A stretch of 60,668 nucleotides of DNA, the filler included, from Sphacelaria rigidula (lineage: Eukaryota), in the NCBI GenBank assembly GCA_964200075.2. It is 10 parts of 10 records of this genome, joined end to end, with 100 filler letters (N's around TTAATTAATTAA, not from the genome) between each part and the next. Parts side by side here need not be neighbours in the genome. Positions count along the whole stretch, not along the records: positions 6,078 to 12,054 come from CAXNAA020023059.1; positions 12,155 to 18,131 come from CAXNAA020023060.1; positions 18,232 to 24,208 come from CAXNAA020023061.1; positions 24,309 to 30,285 come from CAXNAA020023062.1; 6 more parts are not named here. One strand, 5' to 3'. The stretch's first letter is position 1. Each line of letters begins with the position of its first letter. The notes beneath the pieces were generated by a model. The model was not told the origin of the DNA. It did no database searches and saw only the letters and a list, made by a program, of their open reading frames with translations. The translations under genes and the position numbers were made by a program. Positions 11,626-24,954 of this stretch are shown here, in pieces.

Positions 11626-14041
11626 CACGGTATGTATACATTATGTTAGTGGTTCCTCACATCGGCATGCCGGCAGGAGACAACATATTCGCCTCTTTTC
11701 CGCCCTTGCTGTACCCGTGGTTCAGTCTACAGCATGGTCGAGCCAGGCACTACGGTCTGCTGTAGTAGTAACGATACCCACCCGTTGCATTTGGATCCTG
11801 GGTTTACTGAGTGGAAAAAAGTAAATATCTGATGCAGTAAGCTGTATGTTTACCGTACATAAATGACGGTAGATAACACCCCACCCCCCACAAAACTTGA
11901 AGACACGCATCCATTTTGCAACGATTGTTGAGCATGAAGCACAGTTACGCCGCAGAACGTTATGTGCGAAAAATTCTAGGAGTGATAATACAAGGACGGG
12001 GAAGCCGCAATCCCTCGGGTTAGGAGAGTCATTTCAACCGTGCCGATGTACTTTNNNNNNNNNNNNNNNNNNNNNNNNNNNNNNNNNNNNNNNNNNNNTT
12101 AATTAATTAANNNNNNNNNNNNNNNNNNNNNNNNNNNNNNNNNNNNNNNNNNNNTAACCGCAGGGTTATGACGAAGATCGAAAGCTTCATCCAAACTATT
12201 TTCAGGTGCAGGGTGCGCATTAGGTGCTGTATATCTGATGTAGCAAGCAGTATGAGTCGTGGTAAAGAGCTAGCTTCCAAGAGGAAGCGTCGACCGGTGG
12301 GCCGCCCGCCACTTGTGGCTTTGGATGATACTATCGTCCCCGTCACCTTGCCACACAGCCCTTTGTGGTCGGGGTGGGCCGCCATCTCCCCCCTTGTTAC
12401 ATGCGGCGAAATCTCTTCGAAGGGACTCAGCGTTGCGGCGCTCATGCGTACAACAGTATAATATACAGTACAGTGTAGTACCCCTCTCCGACTGAAGCAG
12501 CAGCTGCCGTTGCATACACCCTTGCACGTTCCGGGCAGTTTTCGGCTACCGCGATCAACTGCCTACATACAGCTTCTTGATCCCCATCCACTACGTACTT
12601 CTTCACTGCACCCTGCAAGTCATCGTCAGAGGGGTAAGCAGAACTCATGACAGTAGATAGATCATTTTGTCTTTCCACAGCCCACCTGGTTTTAGGGCGT
12701 GGTGAAAATGACCACATCGTGACATGTACACTCCTTCCCGGCTTTTCCGGTCGATCCTGTGTTAGTGTAAATGACTACGTTTTTGTATAGAACTGTGACC
12801 CAAAAAACCAACCGGAAAACTCGGGAACGGTATACTGAGTGCAAGTTATATCGTATAACCAAGTTCCGACCGGCCTGCACTTGGAAACCACCGAAGGCTT
12901 ATCTGGGCCAGGGATAGGGTCCCCACACAATCCTTACAGTGGCATCATACTCGCCAACAATCCCAGCACTGGTCGTTCGGGTCTGGTCGATAAATTTCGC
13001 CTCGCTGTGATTGGGCAAGTCGCTGAAGACCTTTTTTTTTATTATTCCAGTAGCACAAGGTTACTCTGTTAGTGGGGGGCCGGTCCCAAAAGGGTTAAGC
13101 GGTCCGGTCGCGCGCCAAGAATTATGATTGTTTTGATGAAGCCATTCAAGATCAGAAATGCCGCGGATCTATCACAGCGCTTTTTGTGTCTCGCCGCATC
13201 TTCTCCCAGTCCACGTGTTTTGACAAATGAGCCCTGAACCTCATGTATCTAGCCGCACTATTAATTCACTATTACTTGGTTGTGACAAAACAGCCGCAAC
13301 AACAACAAGTTCCACATGGCGGGTATGGCACGGTGCAAAAAGCTCCAAAACAAGAACATTCCGGAAAAGAACCAAACCAAAACTCCTACAAAATCGAAAT
13401 AAAACCTAAATGCCAAAGTGTTTCCGATCCCTGCCCTGCCCTCTGCTTAGTTCCCCAGGCGGCTGCGTTGTCGTTGCGCAGGTTGCGGGCGTCAACCTCT
13501 GTTTCTTTCTTGAGATGCAGCGCTGCAACACTATCGCGATCGCCCATCTCTGTTTCTTTCTCGCGATGCAGCGCTGCGGCACTATAGTACAGCGTTGGTA
13601 GAGCACAGCGTAGCACAGCACCGCACGGTACAGTAGAGTACAGTATTATGTAATATGCTCATCTATATCTCACGCTGTTATGGATATGAATGCCTCTCAG
13701 CTCGAAGTCAGGGCAGCAGCGACGTGTCTTGGGTGTTGACCGCGAAGCACCGGCTTACTGTCCAGTGCAGTATATATGCGAAGATGAGTGCCAACGGAAT
13801 CAATCCATGTTCACATTTGTTTGTGTGCAGTACACGCTGGAGGCTTGTGCCCCAGATCGCGCTGCTGCCAGCCGTACGTAGCTGGAGGGGGTGAGTAAGA
13901 GTGCCAACCTCTGAAGTTGCTGAGTACTGCCGCCGTCGCATTTTCTCAATGATTCATCTGACATTCCAGCTGCTTGGTGTTGTTAAGTATATTAGAAGGT
14001 TTGGCTTTGGTTCGTGTCCCCCTCCGGGAGGGGGGGGGCTA

Positions 14042-14100
14042 TACTCATTTGTTGCTTGCCTTAGTCGTGTGACTATTGACCACGCATCCCTTTCGAGAGC
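14042..14100. mobile_element. ~65-bp short interspersed element beside a G-run
   Basis: TACTCATTTGTTGCTTGCCTTAGTCG...GACCACGCATCCCTTTCGAGA; copies at 19838-19905 (rc), 20026-20087 (rc), 30628-30692, 53318-53385, 53684-53752 (rc), 59581-59640. Confidence 0.8.
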
Positions 14101-17100
14101 ACCGTTCCTACTCCTAATATAGACACCTCCAACATCTGGGTGCTCATTCGTTTCCCACGAGGGGGCGGTGGTATGCGGTGAGTTCGTCAAAGCGTCCTCC
14201 CTAATCTAAACCCAAGTGTTAAACGCTCGCACAACAAATTGAAGTGTTTTCTACACAAAAACCAAGTACCTCTCGAGCTTGAAGGACCCAGGTGATCCAA
14301 ACACTACATCAGTCGGTCGTTTGTCTCTCTCTGAGATTTATTGATTGTCGCTGATGATGACACCCGAGCAACTAAGCCATGGTCACAAAATAGACGTACC
14401 CCAAAATGAGCAAAATGAGAACGCTCGCCCAAGAAAAGAGAGTGAAAAAAACAGTTTTCGATCGCTTGGCGCTGGATGGCTCCACCCTCTTCTGCTGGTG
14501 TGATCGGTGTACAATAGCACCACCGGATTGTGAAAGGCGCCGTCAATTCTTCATTTGCGCAGACCACGTATACGTACTGGGGCCTAAAAGAGTCAAGACA
14601 CGGCCGTACGTCGTGTCTTGACGGTCGAAAAAACGACTTTCATGGTAATCGGTTGCCGCGATACCACTCTGAGTCCCCGCAACGTAAACGGCGGGGTTTC
14701 TTCTCTGGACCTTTTTTTTGCAGAAATCAGAGCTGAATTGAAAAACGAGGGGGTTGGGGTTATTCCAACAAAATTGTAACTCCTACATGCTGTGCGTGCG
14801 TTTTATGTCAAGTAACAAGTGTTGTGGTGCCTGTTGATATTTTCTGAACTACTTGGGAATGTGTTCCGTGCGCGTGTGGGCAAATCTAGTTTGGAGGTCG
14901 CACTCTTTGGTTCTTAAGGAAACCATCACGTACTCGGGATTGGGGTGAAGTGACGACAAGCCTATTATTGCGTAGGATATTGTTCGGAAAATGAGCGCCT
15001 GAGAAACTATACGTCGCAGGTGGACAACGCGGATTTTTACCTGGTTCATACCAAGTACGAGGCATATATGATATTTACTGTACTACAAAAACGTCCCGAA
15101 CCAGTGAAAAAACACCAACCTGACCCATTACTTTTGGTTCACTATGTCCTGGCGGGGTTCGACGCAAAAATTGAAATCTCAAAACACAAGTACCAAACCT
15201 GGACCGGTGAGTGGCCTGCAAAATACTGTTTCGAATTTCGACCCGCTCGGTTTTTAAAAGGCCCCGCAATTTTTAGAGTTGAACCTTAAAATTTCGTACG
15301 GAGAATCCAACTCCAAAACCTGAGGTGAGGCGGTGCCTGCAAACTACAAATCCGCTTCTAGGCTGGCCCAGCTCGTACAAGCATTGGATGGGTGTTCGAT
15401 GTTAGGTTCGGTTGAATGGGTCGCGATGAGCTTTTGGCGATTTCGAGTTTTTGTGGCCACGAGCAGAGCAATGTATTGGCATAGTAGGGTGTGCATTTTT
15501 GACAGCGTTTTCGTGAAATTGAGAGTCTAGCGTTGATTGAGAGTGATTTTAATTATTCGCTCTAACTTGACCAACTTTCGTCAACGTTTTTGTGCGTGTT
15601 TTCTTCGCCTGTTAGCACTGTCGTGTCCTGATAGCTACGCGTCTACATCCTATTCAGGGATACCGAAGACTTCAGTGGCAAGCTACTTTAGAAGCGTATC
15701 GGGCTCCGTACAAAGTCCGGAGAGACATTTCCGAACTGAAACTATGTCATTCATTTGTTGACCGTTTCTCACTCTCACTCAATCGTATCCTAGACTTCAT
15801 TCACGGCCCATTGATTTGATATGGAAACTGTATGGGGTATGTACAGTAGCCCGCTCGCGAGGGCGTCCCACTCGGTCAGGCGGGCTCTTATCGAAGGGAA
15901 TCATCTCCTGTTGATAAAACAGCCATTGATTGGTCGCTGCGATACCAACCCCCCCCCCTCCCGAAAGTAAAACTACCTGAAACCTCGCTTTCGAGGAGGA
16001 CTTTGTGTATACCCTGAACGGGGACATGCGTGTCCCGTTGACTGGGGCACGTGAAAAGGCTTGCAACGCAACCCAACAGAGGTGAACTTGACAACTTCGT
16101 GCCCCACGAACCAAAAACACAGCTCGAGCCGTGCCTGCAAAAAGCTGAAGCACGTTGTTCGTGACCTCGCTCAAATCTGCCACGGGAACCGTAGGTATAA
16201 GTTAAACGTACCGAGCGTATCCCGGTATTTGCCGAAGTATCTCTGTATAGATCGCTCTGCTTCGCATCACACTTCCAATTTTCCTGTCCTTTCTAACATT
16301 GAAATGGAATGGAAAAGGGACAGAAGAGACAGACGCCCTCAATGAAGAAAAGCAAGAACGCTATACAAGCAGAAGAAGGGACGGAACGAAAGTAAGGGCC
16401 ATAGATTGACGATGACAGTTCTTTCGCGCATCGCACCACGCAAATTCCAGACATTATCGTTCTAGTCCGAGTGATGTCCTTCCGCGTGCGCAAGGGTGCG
16501 CAGGAAGGCGGAGCTGAGACCGGAGTCGTCACTCGGCAAGATCCCGCTAGGTTCTCTCGATCTATCCCTGGCCACGACTTGTAGATCCTTCTTGACGTAC
16601 ACGTACAACACGTGCCTCCCGGAATGCCAGTGGGCATCGAACGAAGAAAACGCGCTAGTGCCACCCCCAGTAGTGCAATCGTACTTGAGCCATTTCCACC
16701 GCAAACAGAACTGCGTGACGTGGTGGGCGCCCACCCAGATGAGTTACACAACCGAGATCAAGGAGTACTTTACGCCTGAAGAGAGAGTCTCGGACGCGTC
16801 GCGGGGAACGCCAACGACTGCGTCGACGGCATGTGCATGTAGTACTGCGCGTGTACATGTCGTGGTCTGTTCGCAATATGATGCTTCGTCACTATTCGGG
16901 GTGGTGGGTGAATTCAAAAATGTGCTCGTTTTTAGACTGGCGGGTCTGCTCAAACGTAGTATGGGACTGGTTTTATGGTACAGGCAGATATACGCCGGCC
17001 GGAAATGATCTATATTTCTAGTGCATTTATTCACGCAAAAAGGAAATTCGTCTATATAGCTGCATCCATATTTCCACTGTGACCTTTTATCATGACCGAT

Positions 17101-17574
17101 CCCGCGTTGATTTTTTCTAATTCGAGAGCCCACATTTTTTTAATCAGCTGCCCATTACGGATGTTTTCAAGCGAAGTGGGTTCGGGTTACGAGCAAAACC
17201 AGAGCCAAGGTTTTGAATTTGAGAGCGCCACCTCTACAAACCCGCTCAGCGGGCAGGTGAACAGCACGCACATAGTTCACATGCTACACGCATAGAAGAT
17301 CAGAAGGTTTCGAGGTTACAAACTGAGCCACCGGGGCGATCGGCATACAGCACAGACAAACACAAAGAGAACCGACGGAGTATCGAAGCCCAGCCAGCAC
17401 GAGTCAATGTTGAGAAAAACGGAAAACACCCACTTTGATCTTTCATCATCCGGTGGTGCCGTGGATGAGATTTTTTTCTCGAGATGATGGACACAAAACA
17501 TACTGTACGATGTAGACTTTACGGTAAAATGATAGTACAATGAAGTGCCAGGGTGTTGCAGCAGGCAAGAGTAT

Positions 17575-17695
17575 TAACAACGAATTGTGCGAATTGAGGT
17601 TTAACTCCGAGATGAGGTCGGCAGCAGGAAAGCACTGTCTCAGGCTTGAAGCTCATCTCGGAGTCAAACCTCCACTCGCACAATTTGTTGTTTAT
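17575..17695. mobile_element. Hairpin MITE
   Basis: AACAACGAATTGTGCGAATTGAGGTTTAACTCCGAGATGAG pairs with CTCATCTCGGAGTCAAACCTCCACTCGCACAATTTGTTGTT; a half copy lies at ~36491-36558. Confidence 0.7.
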
Positions 17696-18231
17696 TCACA
17701 ATACAGGCCGTGGATTTGCGAACAGTACGACATTACAAGTATAGGCTATGCTTCGCAAACACGACACAGCTGTATCCTGTACTTGTTATCTTGTACTGCT
17801 CCATTTCCGAGTACAGGCTAGGCTGTACTCTGCCAGGTTACAAGCACCGGCTGCACTCGCGAGCACAGTAGGTAGCTGTGCTTTGCCAATACAGTACAGT
17901 ACTATACCGTCTTCACTGTAGGGCTCGAGGTCACATTCAGATGCACGTCCATGACAGTGGATACAGGTGCAGAGGATATGGCTACTGACTACTGCCTGCA
18001 GTAAGGTACTACACGTGAAGGCTTCACTTTGTTTACTGTGTGTGTGTTACTGCTGTGTACTGCCTGCACTCCGGTACTACGCGTGAAGGCTTCACCTTGT
18101 TTGAAAACATCCGTGACGGGCAGCTGATTAANNNNNNNNNNNNNNNNNNNNNNNNNNNNNNNNNNNNNNNNNNNNTTAATTAATTAANNNNNNNNNNNNN
18201 NNNNNNNNNNNNNNNNNNNNNNNNNNNNNNN

Positions 18232-18348
18232 CTTAAACCATGCGCTTCGCTATTTCTAGTTTCGTGCAGCGCTTCTAGTCGCTCCACCCGTCAGACTCGC
18301 CCACCCGAGGGTAGACATGTCTGGCGAATGTATGGACAGGCACCAAGG
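18232..18348. repeat. Interspersed repeat shared with 30172-30285
   Basis: TTCGTGCAGCGCTTC-AGTCGCTCCACCCGTCAGAC...CACCCGAGGGTAGACATGTC...GGCACCAAGG in both contigs; both copies sit at contig ends. Confidence 0.75.
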
Positions 18349-19504
18349 TGGGAGTGCCCCCCCACCCAGGTAGTGTCGGACTTGGGAATGAAAACAAAAA
18401 TGTCCCGCAGCGATCGAACGTCCCACAATGTCCCCTGGCTCGACTCTGTACACGAGTCACCCTACCCATCCGGGCGTTGGTCCTCAGGTGCTTCTTCCAA
18501 TGTGTCCCGTGAAAACCCTCGACGCTCTGAAGGATTGCTGCTGCAAGCAGAATGAAGCTCATCACTCTATCATCGCAACGCATCGCACACAACATTTGCG
18601 GCTGTCATGCCCACGTTGGTTCCTGTTCTATGTGGCATTTGATTACCGGCTTGCCCGCTGTTACTACACTGTGTAGACACCACTACGTGATGAAGTAGTC
18701 GGAGAGCTCGCACGCCAGGAGTTTTGAGCTTTCAGTGGGTCTCATGTAGTTAAGGTCTGATTTTAATATTTCGTAGTGTAGACTGCTGCCGAGATCGCCC
18801 CTCCCGAAGTGGCCAAAAAAGTGCACGGAGGCAATGATCATAACTGCCGTTAGAGCTGGTTTCGTGCTGCACGACGCCACTCATTTGGGCGTTATAGCTG
18901 ATTTCGGACTGCTACACGCCTCTCATATGGACGAAATTGCTGCAAACGAGCCCGAGAGTGGGATCGCAACCGGTTTGTCGGACGGTCTCCGGTGCACTTT
19001 TTGTGGGAGGGGGATATTTCGACATCAGTCTGTAGGTGCTTTTTTTCGTGTACGAGTAGGTGTTTAGTTTCTCGCACTCCTCCTTAGGCCGCGTTTGATT
19101 TATTGGTATGGATGGTATTCTCCTTGCACTCTGTGGTCACGGGTTCGAGAGATCGAGCTAATGTGATGGAAATAATGACAGTAATTATATATATAACGTT
19201 TACGGATAATATGCTCCCAGAACACGCTGACGACCGAAGACGTTCATACCCTGACCAATGGATAATCAGTAGTTGCAATGTGAAAAGAAAAGTGTACTGC
19301 CTAAAATATTGGCTTACTATTGCGTATTGCTGCAATAGGCAATATGCCAACAACTTACGCAGCACATTTTTTTATGCCGTTGTAAATGATTCATATTTAC
19401 TCTCTTGATTCTTAATGACTCGTGTTATTTATTCCTGTTTTGCTTGTATCACGTCTGTTTTTTTTTGTTCAGCATCCATGTTTATTTTTCTTTTGTTTAG
19501 TTCA

Positions 19505-19632
19505 TTTCCTCATACATTTTTGTACGTCGCTAGCCTGTGACCACGTAAGGCATCCGCATTAGATGCTCAGTACGAATGTACCGCGCAGATATCGGAGCGG
19601 TTTTTAATGTGAAGACAACAACAACAACAAAT
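19505..19632 (+). mobile_element. Probable non-LTR retroelement 3' end with (CAA)n tail
   Basis: AGCCTGTGACCAC...CAGTACGAATGTACCGCGCAGATATCGGA...AATGTGAAGACAACAA also at 38060-38182; ends in a microsatellite tail. Confidence 0.6.
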
Positions 19633-20085
19633 GATTGATTGTCTGTAGGCGATAATGGACCGATACTTCACGCGGTTCACGTGTTTCCTGTTGCAACTGG
19701 TGACGGTCTGTGTCCAGGATGAAGGCGTTATGGTATTTTTTGCAACAGACACATATTTCCACATATACATGCTCATTTTCGCCCGAATTTTTATCTTCTC
19801 GTCATACTTTTAGCGTCCCCCCCCCCCTGCTCCGTCCTACTCCGTCTCGAAAGGGATACGTGGTCAATGATGAAATGACTAAGGCAAGCAATAACTCAGT
19901 ATGCCCCCTCCCCTCTCCTATAGATGGTATATAGTTTATACGTGAAACGTTTCTGTGTTTATGGAAGAAACTTGATGATCGCCCAAATGTTGGAGCTGTC
20001 TATTATATCAGGAGTAGGAACGGCGCTCCGTCTCGAAAGAAATGCGTAGTCAATGGTCAAACAACCAAAACACGCAAAAAGTAAG

Positions 20086-20679
20086 TACGAGCTGGACCAG
20101 CTGACAGTGATTTGCGATTGTATCCGGGCCGGGCGTTGGGTGGGTTATCCGAAGCGTTGGGCGCTAAAATTTTGATACAACATCTTTATCATCACTACGT
20201 ACAACCTTCCTGGGGATGCCATGAAAAAAAAAGTTAGAGCGATATGAAGTTTCAGCAAAAACTATAAAAATGATATGACTCCGTGAAAATAAAGAAATAC
20301 GGGGGCATCCCTATTGTAGTTGTGCGTCCTTGTGTGGAGGAATTCCTGGTACAATTTCGGCCAAGAATCCGGAAATTCGGCGCAGCATCCAACTTCTCGT
20401 GTGGCACGGCTGCGCCAATTGATTCCAAGGGATGCAGTTAACTCCAGTTATGGAGGTCACGAGTTCAAATCCCGACAGATTTTTTTCTTTGCTCCGTCGG
20501 TTAGGTGATATATTATGCAGTACTTTTTTGTTCATTTTTTTTACACTCAGCGGCGATCCCGTGCGTTACCACGTTGGTCTGCGGGTTACACCAATATACT
20601 CAAGTCGGGCTGATTTGGTAAACTCGATAAGTTATGGGGTGACATGCAAATGCGGGATTTACTGCTGGCCCAGCCCGTA
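20086..20679 (+). mobile_element. TA-flanked TIR element with tRNA-like cassette, nested in the ~65-bp element
   Basis: TA|CGAGCTGGACCAGC ... GCTGGCCCAGCCCG|TA. Removing it rejoins ...AAGTA|CCCCCC, matching the host consensus AATGAGTACGCCCCC, which supports a TA TSD. B-box-like GAGTTCAAATCC plus a T run at ~20461-20487. Confidence 0.8.
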
Positions 20680-20961
20680 CCCCCCCCTCTCCTTGGGACG
20701 AGTCCAAAGTTTTCCATAACCTTATTAAGTAGCACGATCGACCCCCCTCCCTTCCCCTCCCTAAACAAGTAAATAAATATGTTAGTAAACAAATAAATGT
20801 AAAACCAATTGGCTGTTTTTTTTTTCCTCATTTTTATGCTGGCGACTAGCTCGTGTGCAGTATCCTAGTTTTCGAAAGCGTATTGTCGGTGTTTCCTTCG
20901 CTCGATACCTAAGCTCTCGCTCTTATCTCGCACGCCTTGCTTTGTCCTGTTTTCCGTTCAG

Positions 20962-21087
20962 GTTCTGTTGGACACCAGTGCGCTGTGGTCAAATTTCATC
21001 GTGCAGTTCTTTTACTATCTGTTGCTACTCTACGGATTCATTCCGATTTCGCTCTACGTCAGCCAGAACTTCATGCGTTTTTTTCAG
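20962..21087 (+). CDS. P4-type ATPase (phospholipid flippase), internal exon covering TM4
   Basis: CAG|VLLDTSALWSNFIVQFFYYLLLLYGFIPISLYVSQNFMRFFQ|GTGAGC; IPISLYV is the P4-ATPase TM4 PISL motif; 126 nt, phase 0/0. Confidence 0.92.
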
Positions 21088-22424
21088 GTGAGCGAGTTTG
21101 TTCAGAGTTTAAATGAAGAAGGCCCCTTTCTGGTTGTATATCGTAAAAAAACAAAAAATGTTGGACAGTTCATGAACTACCTGAATATTACTTATTATTA
21201 GTATACTGATCCGGATCATGAGCTAAATCAGGTGGCGCCCTTTCCCATATTTGCTCCCTACAGCACGCGGATTCACGCCAAGATAGTACTTGGGCTTCTC
21301 CGACTCGCTGTCACGTATTTTTGTTGTGGACAAAAGATCTGAGAGTCCTCTTCGATTCGTTCTTTTTTGTAGTTTGTCAGCTGTCCGACGTGTAATCGTT
21401 TCCAACTTTTCAATTACTAGATATATATATATATATTATATACACATACAGATAGATATCAAGTTGAGGCAGAAATATTTAACCAAACAACAAGTCATCT
21501 ACTGCATCCCCCCCCCTTTTCTTCACATATACCAGGCATATATTTTTTTATTTGCCCGCTTTTGCAAAAATATTCACGAAGAATAATGACTCATAAACCC
21601 TTCACCACCACAAGGATGGATCATATGCGTCTTAAGTTGTTGTTTTTTTGTGAAAAAAAGGGCCAATTTGACAGAGTCGCTCGAACTGGCGCAGTGGTGG
21701 TCAAAGGACTAGATAAATATTTGTGGAGCTGACGTCATCACCCCGAGGTGTTGTGGTGAAAGCCTCGTAGTACCCGGGGTTGAGCCGACGGGATGGGGCT
21801 GGGTGTTCGGTCTTGTTTGTGTGTCATTCTCCAGTGTCTTCGTGTGACCCCCCGGTGTGTGTGTGTGTAGACGTGGACTCGTGTAAAAAATGGAAGTGAC
21901 AACGAGGGGCAGGCTGGTCGCCTGCGTCATCTCTGGATTATGGCGATACCCCGGTAACGGAACTAGATGATGGCCCTCTGTGACGGACCATCCGCTTTGC
22001 CACAGGAACGAACGTTCCCGGAAATATTTGGGTCTCTAAGAAATGAGCCATGCCTTGCTGCGTGTATGTGGGCGTGTTTTCAGTGGGGGGGAGGATTCTT
22101 CTTGTGTACTACTCGCCTTCAAATCACGAAAGTATTCGCGTATTATCGTACACACACACACACACGCACGGGAGGACAGCACAGAACTGTCGAACTTGAA
22201 AGGTCGGCGTCGGTGTCGGGTCGTTTTATGATTGGACAAGCTTATTACGTGAGATGGTCGACGTTCGGCTGTAGCTTTTTTCCACCTTTACCCTCTGCTC
22301 GACCCCCACCTCCGTCCCTGTTTGAATTCGACAAGTTATTGCCAGTCGCTCAGAATTAAACAATTTCAACCTTCCTCGTAGGGGGTGGTGGTGGTGTACT
22401 TATGATGATACGTGCCATACATAG

Positions 22425-22500
22425 TCATGAGACCGTTGACCTCGCATCCCTACGAAGCCGGGACGGAGCACGCCGGGTTTTCGCCGGACCGGGCTCTCTC
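22425..22500. mobile_element. Short repeat related to the ~65-bp element (sister subfamily)
   Basis: GACCGTTGACCTCGCATCCCTACGAAGCCGGGACGGAGCACGCCGGG; copies at ~30555-30612 and 59330-59410 (rc). Confidence 0.7.
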
Positions 22501-23289
22501 TGCCAACGTGGTCGTGGTCGTCGACTCGCTGAAAGGGGGGGGGGGGGGGGTGTGTCATAATGCCCACGGAACTGTTGTCGTTGTTTTAAAAACCCTTTTG
22601 TTGGGTTNNNNNNNNNNCCCACCCGGGGGGGCCGGCCCCCTCGGCTTTCCCCCCCGCCCGGGCTCCTCCTCCCGCGTTGGGTGGGGGCGTGGACGGGGGG
22701 GGGGGGGGGGGGGGGGGGACGTGATTCAAGTCACGGTAATAGTATGACTTATGTAATAAAGCTGGTGTGTGTGTCTGTGTGTCGAAATGCAACATTTCCT
22801 CCCCCTTCACCCACTCGCCCGCCCTACCTACCGTCAGCTGACCCCCTCAATGATCCTCCAAATATATGTGGTGAAAAAAATGGCGCTCTATTTCGTGTGT
22901 TCTTCAGTCTTTTGAGTGATTCCGCGGTAAACCCACACACACCCCCCACACGCACACACGCGGAGAAGTGGCTGGAGGCAAAATCTACGTGTGAATCGAA
23001 ATGACAAACGCCGAGCAGCACAGCGAGCAGCTTGGAGCTCCCACTCTTGGGATCGTTTTCGCTGATGTCGCCCAAATGAGGCGCTTCGTGCAATCTGAAA
23101 TCAGCTAGTATACGGTGTACGGTCGTTTCATTCGTGACAGTTTCGGGGCTGGTTTCGGGGGGGGGGGGACTATCTCGAGATCACTTTGCTTTCTATTTGA
23201 TTGTCCTGCACTACAATAATGCCGTGTTTCCCTCTCGCGCCCCGCGCCGCCCTCCCTCGCGAACGCTTGGGGTTTGCTCGACCCGTCAG

Positions 23290-23511
23290 GCGTGGTTCAT
23301 GGATCAAGACCTAGACATGTACCACGAGCGCACAGACACGCCTTCCAGGGTACGCACGATGAATCTCAACGAAGACCTCGGGCAGATCACGCACGTGTTC
23401 AGCGATAAGACCGGCACGCTCACGCAGAACGTGATGGACTTCAGGAAGTGCACGGTCGGGGGCAAGGCGTACGGCAAGGGAATGACGGAGATCGGGATGG
23501 CCGCCCTGAAG
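23290..23511 (+). CDS. P4-type ATPase, exon with the phosphorylation site
   Basis: CAG|AWFMDQDLDMYHERTDTPSRVRTMNLNEDLGQITHVFSDKTGTLTQNVMDFRKCTVGGKAYGKGMTEIGMAALK|GT; DKTGTLT motif; 222 nt, in phase with the 20962-21087 exon across a 2.2-kb intron. Confidence 0.96.
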
Positions 23512-24954
23512 GTGTGTACGCACTAGCGTATTCGTACCTTTCGCTTCTTCTTATTATGATTTCCGCAGATTCGCATTACCGGGGGAGAGATGGGTCGATC
23601 CCTTGAGACCACGGACTCGTCCCGGGAAAGGGGAGGGGTCGAAAGTGCGACAAAAAAAAACAAATGCCCGATTTCTCGAGCCCGTGGTCACAGACGTACG
23701 ACTCGTCTTTCCGATGCAAACCTTGTTACTCCTTACAAGAGAAAAGAGCTCCCATTGTTTCTTCTGAGGCGATCCGGATTAAAAAAAATAATAATAACAC
23801 CAAGTAAAAACAGCTACCCTACTTTTCCCTCTTTTTTTTTTCTTCTTTCATGTTGGTGTCACGAAGAGATGATGACCAAACGCTAATTTCTTGAAACCCT
23901 TGTGATTGACCCCCCTATGAATAAAATATAAGAAACTTGATTTTTTTGTCACTGTTTTCATAGGAACAACCGCATACAAGAATTTTTGTAAAGGCACTCT
24001 ACATGGACCGCTCCGCCGTCAAAAGGAGAAAAGCGTTGTGTCCCAAGGGTCCCCACACCGTGGACGATATGTATGGTCAATAGGTTCGATAGACAAGAAG
24101 TCTACTGGGTCAAGGATAGGCCTATTGCAAGTATTGTCGATCGTCAATAGGTCCAGTAAGGACACTTTCTACGATACCCCCCCCAAACACAAAAAACAAA
24201 TCGCCCTCNNNNNNNNNNNNNNNNNNNNNNNNNNNNNNNNNNNNNNNNNNNNTTAATTAATTAANNNNNNNNNNNNNNNNNNNNNNNNNNNNNNNNNNNN
24301 NNNNNNNNGTGGGTAAACGCTGCGCTGCACAGGGAGAAAAAACGCAAGGGGCTCTGACTGGAAGGGCCCGTATCCCACCCCCCCCCCCCCCCCCGCCCCG
24401 ACCGACGCTTGAACGCTGCGCGACGACCTCTCTACTCTTCGGTTCGCCATCTAGTGTGGACTCTGCCCTACCACACCGCCTAATCCTTGGGTAGCACACC
24501 AGCTTATACTTAGACTCTCACCGTGAGCTTGACAGTTTGGCCGTCTGGTGCTTCCAGCACTTTCTCGTCGACGACCTCGGGTGCGGGTAGAGGTTGGTTT
24601 CGCCGAGCGAACCCCATGGGATTAGAGTAGCGTTCCAAGCTCTCCTCTACCCACGGCGCTGTGGGATTGCTTGCTGGCGATGCAGCAGCATCATTTATGG
24701 CGGCACTCATCGTGACCAAAGTGGCAGAGGAAAGTTCTCGTGTCGCTTCCCTTGCGTTGTTGGGAGCGTCTTTCCTACAGAGGAGCGTCAGAACTGCAAA
24801 CCAATCGACAGAGCACAAAGAGAGTTCTACGGTCAAGGGAGGGGAAAAAAGGGAGAAATGTGCGGTGCGACCTCCGACCGCGGGTCTGAAAACATGGCCA
24901 ATGTGAGGGGAACAACTCAATACATAAATATAATAGTAACAGGTGAGATACGAC

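Noticed and set aside
13386..13616. Possible exon with a 51-nt duplication (AAALHREKETE / VAALHLKKETE)
   Set aside because: An acceptor-like TAG exists, but there is no recognisable protein or partner exon; probably TE-derived.
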